Below, one piece after another: positions 25,551 through 33,789 of a stretch of DNA of 37,142 nucleotides. The DNA lies in contig JAKAJJ010000001.1 of the NCBI GenBank assembly GCA_021813835.1, forward strand, positions 1 through 37,142, in the 5' to 3' direction. Position numbers and translations under genes: made by a program. The first letter of the stretch is position 1. Each line of letters begins with the position of its first letter. Below the pieces are notes generated by a model. It searched no databases. It was given only the letters and a program-made list of their open reading frames with translations, and was not told the origin of the DNA. The stretch is from a bacterium. Its GTDB lineage: Bacteria > Patescibacteriota > Minisyncoccia > Phycocordibacterales > Phycocordibacteraceae.

Positions 25551-26060
25551 TCACTCCGAAACGCTCGGCCAACTTTGCAATAGGAGCGGCGTGCCGGTGG
25601 CGATGCCCCGCGCATCCGCGAAGCCCGCGGCGGTCTCAAGGACATACTGGGACGGAGCGCTCGGATAAAAGACATCCGGATACGTCGACGGCGCGACATC
25701 CTTCGCGAGGGAAACGACGTGTCCTTGAGCGTCCAGCCAGAACATATCGAGCGGAACGAGGGTATCCTTCATCCAAAAGCCGTAGTAATCAGGTCTCGGG
25801 AAGACGAAAAGCATTCCATAGCCGTCAGGGACATTCGTGCGGCCGCCGAGTCCGAGTTCCCGCGCGGCCGTCGTCGTCGCGAATTCGACGGTCAGGGGCG
25901 CGCCGCCGAACTCCCCCGTCGCGAACCTTCCCGCGGAAGGCGCCCGGTACGCTACGGCGAGAGCGAGGAGGATGAGACCGGCAACGGAAAGGCCGAAAAG
26001 GAAGCGCGGCATAGGCAAGGGTGGTTGCAGGTCGGTTTTGAACTCTCCTACATCAAGCAT
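25551..26060 (-). CDS. DUF192 (COG1430) domain protein, membrane-anchored or secreted
   Basis: GLGGRTNVPDGYGMLFVF...FWMKDTLVPLDMFWLDAQGHVV is the DUF192 pattern. An N-terminal hydrophobic segment is present. The start is uncertain, with candidates at 26099 (TTG), 26060 and 26012. Confidence 0.75.
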   Translation of the reverse strand: MLDVGEFKTDLQPPLPMPRFLFGLSVAGLILLALAVAYRAPSAGRFATGEFGGAPLTVEFATTTAARELGLGGRTNVPDGYGMLFVFPRPDYYGFWMKDTLVPLDMFWLDAQGHVVSLAKDVAPSTYPDVFYPSAPSQYVLETAAGFADARGIATGTPLLLQSWPSVSE

Positions 26061-26114
26061 TGTAAGGGTTCTTGAGCCGGTTGGCGACGCTGAATTCAAG
26101 GGGAACGGTCACAA

Positions 26115-26324
26115 TTAATTTAAACTTCCGGAGACTGACGAAAAATTTTTATCCTCTCTCGTATAATATTTATTACCCTCGATATCTTGGTATTGAAGAT
26201 AGATTTCATTCTCCTGACTTATTTCCTGATATTGTTTTGGGTTGAAAATTGCATTGATCGTAGTATTGGGAGCCAACCAACCCCAGGTAGGGGTAAAACT
26301 CACGGGTCGGGCGCTATAAAACAA
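26115..26324 (-). CDS. Hypothetical small ORF (69 aa) in the AT-rich island
   Basis: The open frame sits in AT-rich DNA. It has only a TTG or GTG start, no clear RBS, and overlaps the purM-like stop by 11 nt. Confidence 0.3.
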   Translation of the reverse strand: MFYSARPVSFTPTWGWLAPNTTINAIFNPKQYQEISQENEIYLQYQDIEGNKYYTREDKNFSSVSGSLN

Positions 26325-27246
26325 ATTTTCGGCCAGTGAATGCGGACGTTATGTGTACGGCAGCATTTCCCCGCACGACCTCGCCAATAATAAAGCTATT
26401 TTTAAATCTCTTGAGAATTGCTCGAACCTCGGATTTCGGAACAGAAAGAACAAAACCGATGCCACAATTGAATGTCGAATACATTGCTTTATCGGAGACA
26501 CCCTTAACGTGAATTTCGTGGAAGATCTTCGGCACGCTCTCTTTCGGCTGTAAAATTATCGCATCGACATTCTTAAGAATATCCTTTAACTTCGTGAACG
26601 CTCCGCCGGTAATATGCATCATTCCATTTACTTTGTGCTGCCCAAGTATCTTAAGTACCTCATCCAAATAAATTCTCGTTGGCTTGATAAATGCCGACTC
26701 GTAATGTTTACCAAATATCTCCCGTACCTTGGTGATGCCGTTTGAATGGAGCCCGCTGCTGGGGAAACCGATAAGCACGTCACCAACCTCGCACTGTTTT
26801 TTGAGACGTTTTCTAAGAAATGCAGAAACGGTAATGCTGATGTCCATGCTGTGTACATCGGAGTGAATCGAGGTCTCGCCTCCGGTCATGGCTATCTTTC
26901 TCTTCTTGCATTCGGACACCAATTTCTTCACTATAGCTAAAATCGCATCATGATCATCCTTGGGCAAGACGATATGGTTTTGGATTGCATACGGAATCGC
27001 TCCGACCATTGCGAGGTCGTTCAGGTTCATCGCGAGCGCATCAATCACGGCGTTCTCGAACGTTCTTTTCTTCCAATGATAGAAACCTTTCGTTCCGATG
27101 CCATCCGTATGCTGGACCTCCCAGAAGGAAAACTGCTTCTTGAAAACTGGATAGAGGCCTGGCTCGACTTTCAAATAGGGCGTATTCCAGGTACTCTCAA
27201 TCAATTTTAAGATTTGACGCTTGTATGGCTTCGTCGGGTTATACAC
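26314..27246 (-). CDS. purM: Phosphoribosylformylglycinamidine cyclo-ligase (AIR synthetase, PurM)-like protein
   Basis: Motifs seen are HTDGIGTKG, DLAMVGA, MTGGETS, SSGLHSNG, HITGGAFTK and NCGIGFVL. It uses a GTG start and is visibly AT-rich relative to the backbone. Confidence 0.82.
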   Translation of the reverse strand: MYNPTKPYKRQILKLIESTWNTPYLKVEPGLYPVFKKQFSFWEVQHTDGIGTKGFYHWKKRTFENAVIDALAMNLNDLAMVGAIPYAIQNHIVLPKDDHDAILAIVKKLVSECKKRKIAMTGGETSIHSDVHSMDISITVSAFLRKRLKKQCEVGDVLIGFPSSGLHSNGITKVREIFGKHYESAFIKPTRIYLDEVLKILGQHKVNGMMHITGGAFTKLKDILKNVDAIILQPKESVPKIFHEIHVKGVSDKAMYSTFNCGIGFVLSVPKSEVRAILKRFKNSFIIGEVVRGNAAVHITSAFTGRKFVL

Positions 27247-27281
27247 CTAAACATTGTAGCTCGACATACCTATTTTAAGTA

Positions 27282-27333
27282 CTCGGGTCTGTCCGATAAA
27301 TAATACTTCGGGCGGTGTCTCCGGGATTCGAAC
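27282..27333. repeat. Imperfect direct repeat, copy X, containing a tRNA T-arm/acceptor-like fragment
   Basis: ctcgggtctgtccgataaataatacttcgggcggtgtctccgggattcgaac aligns at roughly 70 percent identity by eye with 28993..29045. The reverse complement of 27311..27333 is GTTCGAATCCCGGAGACACCGCC. Confidence 0.55.
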
Positions 27334-27406
27334 TTTTGGAGTGAGCCCTTGCGGGCGTTCTTTGGCGGGGTTTCGAGTAGCCCACTTAGGCCTTGGGGTC
27401 GTTACG

Positions 27407-28900
27407 CTACTTTACAACTTTGGCGTCGTAATAGAAATTATTTTTATCCATGCCCTCATATTTGAGACCGTCATTGCTGTCGTCTATCACGACAAAGGAT
27501 GTCGGATCGGCGCCGGAAATTATTGATGATTGGTCGCCACCAATATAATAGACGTTTTTTGAGTCGATACCGTAAAAGTACGGGTAGGTTCGCTGAATCA
27601 CAAAAGTCGCTTTATCCACTCCGGTAATGGGCGTGCCTTCAAAATAGATGTTGTTTGAATCCTCGGCAAAATAACCGTCCGGATCACCCCAAAAGTTTGC
27701 CACATCGGACGATATAGGAAGCATGGTGGTATCCTCGTGAACAGGGCCTACCATATAGACATGCGTGGCATCCTTTCCATAAATGGGATTTATCCATACA
27801 AAAGTGGAAGGATCAGCACCTACCACAATTTTCCCTTCATAATATACGTGCTGGGAATCCTTGGCCATGATTCCATTGTAAGAACCCGCGAGGAGCCCGA
27901 CCTCATCACCGCCAAAAGGATCACCACCTAGAACTTGAAAAGTTTTAGGATCCGCTTCTGCTATTGGGGTGACAATCATAGGATTAATATTCTGTTCTAC
28001 AAAATATACATGCTGAGCATCTTTAGCGTACATCGCGCTGAGAGGTTGAAAAGTTGATGGATCGATATCTGCATCGGACGGCATATCCGCATACGTATAT
28101 GTCCACTCGGTGGAATTTCGCGCTACGCTGGTATCAGACGATGCTGTGCTAGTCGGCACAATAAAATTATTCGGATTGGCACCAGCAATAGGCTGGCCGT
28201 ACTGATACACTGCGTGAGAATCTTTTGCATAATAATTTCCGAGCGAAACGAATGTCGCAAGATTGGCACTCGTAAGAGGCAAAAATCCTTCGTAATTAGG
28301 ATTTGAGATATCTTCATAATAAACGGTCTTGGCATCCTTTCCGTACATTTGATCCAGCATGGTAAATGTCGAGGCGTCGATATTCACGTATAACCGCATT
28401 CCGTCCCGGTAAACATAATTGGTGTCTTTAGCGAATCGCGGATTTGTCGAAATAATTTGGAAAGAATTTAAGTCGGCACCCGTCATGGCATATCTCCCGA
28501 AGAAAACGTGCTGAGCATCTTTGCCGTAGCATACAGAACCCGATACTTGAGCACCTTCGATACCAAAAACGGAAAGCGGACTCGGTGTTATGGATGTGAA
28601 GCTGTTTGCATCGGCACCGAGCACTAAATAAGAGCTGGTAGCGGACACGGCGCTATTTCCCAACGTCAGAAAAACCTTGTCTTGCTGAACGACATAGCAA
28701 GGTGACGAGTCCACACTTTGAACCGTGGAGGATGGAATCATAGTTGAGAAATTATCTCGTTCTATCCAAGCCGCAAATGCTACCGTGGCTATAAGTAGCA
28801 GCACGATCACCCCTACCCATATATAAAATTTGAACCTGCTTTTTGGCACTGGCGCTACAGGCGTAGGCGCGGAATTTTGGTGCTCTGGTGAAGATGGCAT
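27407..28900 (-). CDS. DKNYY-repeat family protein with an N-terminal membrane anchor
   Basis: Repeated units occur such as YAKDSHAVYQYGQPIAGANPNNF, YAKDAQHVYFVE...ADPKTF, AKDSQHVYYEGKIVVGADPSTF and GIDSKNVYYIGG...ADPTSF. The ATG at 28900 is preceded by GAGG with a 5-nt spacer. The TM helix is FYIWVGVIVLLLIATVAFAAW. Confidence 0.82.
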   Translation of the reverse strand: MPSSPEHQNSAPTPVAPVPKSRFKFYIWVGVIVLLLIATVAFAAWIERDNFSTMIPSSTVQSVDSSPCYVVQQDKVFLTLGNSAVSATSSYLVLGADANSFTSITPSPLSVFGIEGAQVSGSVCYGKDAQHVFFGRYAMTGADLNSFQIISTNPRFAKDTNYVYRDGMRLYVNIDASTFTMLDQMYGKDAKTVYYEDISNPNYEGFLPLTSANLATFVSLGNYYAKDSHAVYQYGQPIAGANPNNFIVPTSTASSDTSVARNSTEWTYTYADMPSDADIDPSTFQPLSAMYAKDAQHVYFVEQNINPMIVTPIAEADPKTFQVLGGDPFGGDEVGLLAGSYNGIMAKDSQHVYYEGKIVVGADPSTFVWINPIYGKDATHVYMVGPVHEDTTMLPISSDVANFWGDPDGYFAEDSNNIYFEGTPITGVDKATFVIQRTYPYFYGIDSKNVYYIGGDQSSIISGADPTSFVVIDDSNDGLKYEGMDKNNFYYDAKVVK

Positions 28901-28992
28901 GAGTACCTCAACTGTATCAGTTTTAAACCGATTCAAAACTCGGTTATCAACTTACGCGAACCAACCCTCAAGGTCGCACCTTCGCCCTAGGC

Positions 28993-29045
28993 CTCGGGGT
29001 TGGTCCGATAAAAAAGTCTGACTGCGGTGTGAGTAAGTCCAGAAC
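28993..29045. repeat. Imperfect direct repeat, copy Y (partner 27282..27333)
   Basis: ctcggggttggtccgataaaaaagtctgactgcggtgtgagtaagtccagaac. Its left edge also resembles taggccttggggtcgtt at 27377. Confidence 0.5.
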
Positions 29046-29168
29046 CAGGCCGTTTGAGGCATTGTAAGGGTTTCCCACGGGTTTTGCGAATCGCGGATTT
29101 GAAAGGAGTCGGTCGCCTTCCCAAAATGCAATAAATGCAATACGACGTAGGATTGGTAAGATTGACGC

Positions 29169-29996
29169 ATGGGAAAGGAAATATCAGCACGGGCCGTGGC
29201 CGCATACCTGCCGACGATTATGAAGGCCGTGGCTTCAATCGAGGCCGAGCTCGCCCTATACCCCGACCTTGCCGGTCGGGCCTCTTTACACGTGCTCGGG
29301 CTTGAAAAAGAGACTGGCAGCTCGAACCTGACGCACGCGATGCGCATCATGAACGCGTGGCTCGAAGGCACGAAATTCAAAGCGGATTTCCGCTTCTTCC
29401 ACAAGATTGAGCCTGATGCGGACTGGAATGACATGGTCGCGCTTCTGAATGGCAAGATCACGTCGCACGACACATCCGCGATAGGACCACGGGCGAAAGC
29501 GGCACGTCGTGGAGCCGGTCCTACCATCCAAGGAATTCCTGACGGGGCTGTATGGGACGATATCGAGATACGCTTCCTGAATGCGCACGAGGTCATGGTC
29601 TCGCATAAAGGGAAAGCGCTCGAGAAGCACGGGTACGACCAGCTCGGGTTCGCGGCAAAAAATACGAAAGATCACAGGCCGAACAAGGGGTGGGACTTCC
29701 TCACGAAACTATCGATTGCCACGATGAAGAGTGCCGGCAAGCAGAGGGTCGAGGATATCGCTGCCAAGATGCACGTCACGAGAGGTGCGTGCGCGCAGAT
29801 GAAGAAATCAGCGGCAAAGAACTTGAGGAAGGCATTCGACATCGACGCCGACCCGTTTTACGACTACAAAGTCGTAGGCGAATACCGTCCCAGGTTTAAG
29901 CTCGTTCCGGAACCCGTCCTGCGCGGCGACGGAGAGCTGCACCGATCGGGCCGGAGCCTCCGCGATGACGATCTGCCGGAGGACGACGAAGACTGA
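29169..29996 (+). CDS. Hypothetical protein with a sigma-70 region-4/LuxR-like HTH near the C-terminus and an acidic tail
   Basis: VEDIAAKMHVTRGACAQMKKSAAKNLRKAF resembles a region-4 HTH. TAAGAT lies 6 nt upstream of the ATG. A tandem aaatgcaat x2 lies at 29124..29141. Confidence 0.7.
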   Translation: MGKEISARAVAAYLPTIMKAVASIEAELALYPDLAGRASLHVLGLEKETGSSNLTHAMRIMNAWLEGTKFKADFRFFHKIEPDADWNDMVALLNGKITSHDTSAIGPRAKAARRGAGPTIQGIPDGAVWDDIEIRFLNAHEVMVSHKGKALEKHGYDQLGFAAKNTKDHRPNKGWDFLTKLSIATMKSAGKQRVEDIAAKMHVTRGACAQMKKSAAKNLRKAFDIDADPFYDYKVVGEYRPRFKLVPEPVLRGDGELHRSGRSLRDDDLPEDDED

Positions 29997-30011
29997 AGCC
30001 GGTCAGGAACG

Positions 30012-30046
30012 AAAAACGCCGATGAGTTTTCATCGGCGTTTTTCGT
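30012..30046 (+). terminator. Rho-independent terminator
   Basis: aaaaacgccgatga and tcatcggcgttttt form a 14-bp stem with a 4-nt loop and a T-tract. Confidence 0.85.
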
Positions 30047-30147
30047 CTCATCGGGAGAAGGAATGTACGAGTCTGCGCGGTGGAATCGGTTCGTGCTGAG
30101 TTCTCAGCAGATGCTTATAGGAGCGATAACCAGGCTCCGCTACTACC

Positions 30148-31497
30148 ATGGAACCAAGCATCAAAGACAAGCTCAGTATAACATACGTGCCTATCGATTC
30201 GCTGCGTGAAGCGGAATACAGCCCGCGCAGGAAGACCGTGGAAATACAAAAAGTAATCAGAGACAGCTTCGACATGCACGGCCTTATCGATCCCCTCATC
30301 GTCAACAAGGCTCCCGGCCGCGAGAACATTATCATCGGCGGTAACGTCAGATGGATCGTTGCGACATCGGCGGGATTCAAGGAGGTGCCGGTCGTGTACC
30401 TCAACATCCCGGATATCGAGAAGGAGAAAGATCTCTGTCTCCGACTGAACAAAGCCGTCGGCGAATGGGATCTCGATCTCCTCGCGCAGTTTGACGAGGC
30501 GTTCCTCTCGGAGGTGGGCTTCGACAGCCAGGAGCTCGATGAGATCTTCCCGGCCGATGAGAACCCGACGCCGTTCGTGCTCGAGGAAGAGCTCAAGAAG
30601 ATCGGCATCGACGGCGTCACCGTGCAGAAAGGAGATCTGTATGATCTGGACGGGTCCCGGCTGTATGTGGGCGACAGCACGGTTGAAGCGGACATGCTCG
30701 CGCTCATGGGAAACGAGAAGGCAGATATGTGCTTCACCGATCCGCCGTATATTCTGGACTATCTCCACGGCAAAAAGCGCGCCGGCAAGGCGACGGAGGG
30801 CTTCGGTCTTAAGCGCGACCGCAAATACCTTGAGACCGACTCGCTCCCGGATAACTTCACCGACCTCTGGATGGCGAACATCGCCAAGATCCAGAAGCCG
30901 GATTTCTCAATCATCGTCTTCGAGAATCCGAAGAACCTCAAGACGATATGGACGGCGCTCGAGAAGCACTGGAAGTACAGAAGTACGATTACCTGGCACG
31001 TGCCGAACCGCGTGCAGGGCTTCGCCGCCAAACACCGGTTCTTCAACAAGACGGACGTGGCTATCGTCGGCACGGGAGGCGAAGTTGCGCTCAATCTCGA
31101 GCCGGAAGACGAGCTCTTCCAGGGCGAATACGAGAACGCGCTCTTCGCCACCTCGGGCAAACCGCACTGGGAGAGCTATGAGAAAGGCAAGAAAATCCAA
31201 CCGACGGATTTCATCGAACACGTAGCGGCAGACGAGAAGTCCTCGGGTCAGGGCATCATCTTCGGCACGAAGCCCCTCCCGGTACTCATCCCGTACATCA
31301 AGGTACTCACGAAGCGCGGCGACCTCATCGTGGAGCCGTTCGGCGGGAGCGGGTCGACCCTGATTGCCGCGAACACGCTCGGCCGGCGTTGCTTCCTCAT
31401 GGAGAAGGTGCCGACCTACGCGGAGGTCATCCTCAACCGCTGGGAGAAGACCACCGGGAAGAAGCGGGTGAAGATTATCGATGGCACGCAACAGTGA
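30148..31497 (+). CDS. ParB-N-domain-fused DNA methyltransferase (beta-class N6-adenine/N4-cytosine MTase)
   Basis: The N-terminus reads VPIDSLREAEYSPRRK...IIGGNVRWIVATSAGFKEVPVVYL (ParB N-terminal domain). Motif IV is FTDPPY. The C-terminal motif I is VEPFGGSGSTLIAA. The order IV then I is the beta-class arrangement. Confidence 0.88.
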   Translation: MEPSIKDKLSITYVPIDSLREAEYSPRRKTVEIQKVIRDSFDMHGLIDPLIVNKAPGRENIIIGGNVRWIVATSAGFKEVPVVYLNIPDIEKEKDLCLRLNKAVGEWDLDLLAQFDEAFLSEVGFDSQELDEIFPADENPTPFVLEEELKKIGIDGVTVQKGDLYDLDGSRLYVGDSTVEADMLALMGNEKADMCFTDPPYILDYLHGKKRAGKATEGFGLKRDRKYLETDSLPDNFTDLWMANIAKIQKPDFSIIVFENPKNLKTIWTALEKHWKYRSTITWHVPNRVQGFAAKHRFFNKTDVAIVGTGGEVALNLEPEDELFQGEYENALFATSGKPHWESYEKGKKIQPTDFIEHVAADEKSSGQGIIFGTKPLPVLIPYIKVLTKRGDLIVEPFGGSGSTLIAANTLGRRCFLMEKVPTYAEVILNRWEKTTGKKRVKIIDGTQQ

Positions 31498-32002
31498 AGA
31501 CCGGTCCCTATTCCTTCGGAATCTTGCGGAGTACCCCTACATCTACTACGCCGCCAAGAAGTCCGGAATCAATCCGTCCACCATCTACCGGTGGATGGGT
31601 AGCAATCCCGACTTCGCAAAGGAGGTGCGTGCGCTCTTGCGCAACGGGCTGGCGAACCAGAATCAAAAGATCGAGATGGTGCTCGTGAAGAAAGCGCTCG
31701 GCGGCGACCTCGGGGCCATCAAGTTCTATCTGCCCCACAACAGCAAGAAGTATCGGCCGATGAAGTCCGACTTCCCGCCTCCGCCGATTACCGCCGAGGA
31801 GCGCGAGATGTTCCGTGCCGTCTACGAGTGGACGCTCAAGAACAAGCCGATGCCGACCGACATTCGCGAGACTATGATTCACGCATTTCGTGCCAACGGC
31901 CATATCGACGCGGACGGCAAGCTCTCGCAAAAGTTCTACGATACCTTCCACTACTTGCTCAAGGACTGGGGCGCGGAACGGAGCAAACGAAAGTACGGAT
32001 GA
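31481..32002 (+). CDS. HTH DNA-binding protein (N-terminus reminiscent of phage small-terminase/regulator HTH)
   Basis: AAKKSGINPSTIYRWMGSNPDFAKEV is an HTH pattern. It overlaps the methyltransferase gene by 17 nt. Confidence 0.65.
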   Translation: MARNSEDRSLFLRNLAEYPYIYYAAKKSGINPSTIYRWMGSNPDFAKEVRALLRNGLANQNQKIEMVLVKKALGGDLGAIKFYLPHNSKKYRPMKSDFPPPPITAEEREMFRAVYEWTLKNKPMPTDIRETMIHAFRANGHIDADGKLSQKFYDTFHYLLKDWGAERSKRKYG

Positions 32003-32009
32003 CGGATGC

Positions 32010-32798
32010 TTATTTGCTCAAGAGGTTCGGATTGATTGCCGAGGCGTCGAAGTTCACCGTCCAGAGCCCCGGGATGACCTGGTACACGAGCGTGTCCCTG
32101 TCGAGATTCCAGTTGACCTTGTATGCGTCAGAACCGTCGAAGAAAGCGTGGTACACCTTCTGGTCGCTCTGGTTCCCATACTTGTCGATGAGCGGCTCGT
32201 ACGAGGATATCTCGACGGTATAGAGGTCCTTGCGATGCGAGTAGAGGGAGTAGAAGATTTCGGCCATCTGCTCGTCCATCGATGTCTTCGAACCGTCGAT
32301 ATTGAGACTCACGTCGACGGTCCAGCGGGTGTAGTTGGGCGAGCCGTCCGCGTTCCACGGATTGTTCGCGTCGACCGCCTGACTGGTGTCGATGCCGCGG
32401 ATGTACGGCTGGCTGTTCGCGTTGGTACCATGTACGGCGTCATACACGAGCTGCTCAAGTTGTTGGCGCGTTGCGGCAGTCGGATCGGTCTGCGCGCCCT
32501 GCTTCTGCACTACCGGAGCCGGGGCCGCTGTGGCCGTCTTTACCGGCGCCGGAGCAGTCTTGGCGGGCGACGTAGTCGCTGCGGGTTTGGATGTCTCTGT
32601 GGCCGTTTGTGCGGGCGTGCTTGCCTTCGGGAGATTCGGCGTAGTCGCGCCGACGATGAATCCGGATACCAGAATCGCTCCGCCAAAAACGAGTGCGACT
32701 CGCTTACGGGAAGCGAGTCGCACGAGAGACGGACGGACAAGGCCGACGACGAGGGCTCCCATCGATATCAGGAGAATGAATGCAAAGAGTGTACTCAT
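32010..32798 (-). CDS. Membrane-anchored extracytoplasmic protein, hypothetical
   Basis: Two N-terminal hydrophobic segments are present. A Pro/Thr/Ala-rich linker and a globular C-terminal domain follow. The ATG at 32798 is preferred; a GTG at 32855 is possible. Confidence 0.7.
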   Translation of the reverse strand: MSTLFAFILLISMGALVVGLVRPSLVRLASRKRVALVFGGAILVSGFIVGATTPNLPKASTPAQTATETSKPAATTSPAKTAPAPVKTATAAPAPVVQKQGAQTDPTAATRQQLEQLVYDAVHGTNANSQPYIRGIDTSQAVDANNPWNADGSPNYTRWTVDVSLNIDGSKTSMDEQMAEIFYSLYSHRKDLYTVEISSYEPLIDKYGNQSDQKVYHAFFDGSDAYKVNWNLDRDTLVYQVIPGLWTVNFDASAINPNLLSK

Positions 32799-33037
32799 AC
32801 AGGTTACCGAGATTAGGGGTAAATCCTGATGGACGGGTAGCACAAAACCCGCCACCAGGAAGGCCTTGCGGCCTCTATATGAGTTTCCCCATATAACGTA
32901 GGAGACGCCCTGATGACGGGTTTTCTATCTCCTACGATTTGCGACCATGCCCGAGGATTTCTCCCGCAGGTTTAGGCCATTTTATTCGTGTGTCGAACTC
33001 AGTCATGATAGCCCGTTTTGAGCTATCCTTGAAGACC

Positions 33038-33721
33038 CTAGCTTAGACTCGGAGGTTTGCGAAGGGGCTTATCTACAGCGTCCAGGAATCTCGAAATCCG
33101 ATCAAGATTCGACTGTTGGACTATTCTGGTCATATCAACAAGCGTCTTGAGTTTGCCAAGAATCTCTTCGGAAATTTCCATCGTTCGCGAATATACCCAA
33201 TCAGCAACCGGGTCAGAGAAGAGTTCTGAGTGGAGGGGTTGCACGGACGCCTTCGTCTGCAAGACTCGCCTCTTCACAAGGAATTTCTCGATACCTTGAT
33301 AGAAGCTCCCGACGATTTCTTTCGGCATCCAGTCACCGTCGTGGAGTATGAGATACGAATCACGCTGTCCGTGCGCCAATAGGTTACGGAATGAAAAAAT
33401 GAAATCGAGGTCCTCTTGATCCACCGACGAAAGGAAACTATATAGCTCGAAGCCGAAACTCTCGAAGAGGGTCTTGTACCCATCAAGCGAGCTTGTCCTT
33501 TCAATATTAACGAGCGTCTTAGCTTTCTCGCCAAGTCCGTTTGAATAATGCGGCGCAAATGTGGTCAGAGCATCCTCCAAAAATCCTTCGAGGAAAATCG
33601 CGCTGAACAAAACTATTCCCGCGTTTGCTCCCATCCGGTCATTCTGGTCGGACACCTCGTCTCTACGCGCCCTCAGCCATTTCAAGTGCGGATAGATTAT
33701 CTGGAAATAAACGGGATTCAT
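33038..33721 (-). CDS. Putative HEPN-domain (Abi-like) protein
   Basis: The Rx4H motif occurs in FSFRNLLAHGQ. The protein looks all-alpha and the region is lower in GC. The ATG at 33721 is preceded by AAGGGGG with an 8-nt spacer. Longer TTG (33790) or ATG (33760) starts are possible. Confidence 0.6.
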   Translation of the reverse strand: MNPVYFQIIYPHLKWLRARRDEVSDQNDRMGANAGIVLFSAIFLEGFLEDALTTFAPHYSNGLGEKAKTLVNIERTSSLDGYKTLFESFGFELYSFLSSVDQEDLDFIFSFRNLLAHGQRDSYLILHDGDWMPKEIVGSFYQGIEKFLVKRRVLQTKASVQPLHSELFSDPVADWVYSRTMEISEEILGKLKTLVDMTRIVQQSNLDRISRFLDAVDKPLRKPPSLS

Positions 33722-33789
33722 GAGAAAACCCCCTTGCCGCAACTTCACTGATTTCTTCATACAAAAACTATACGCTTCCAATTGCTGCA

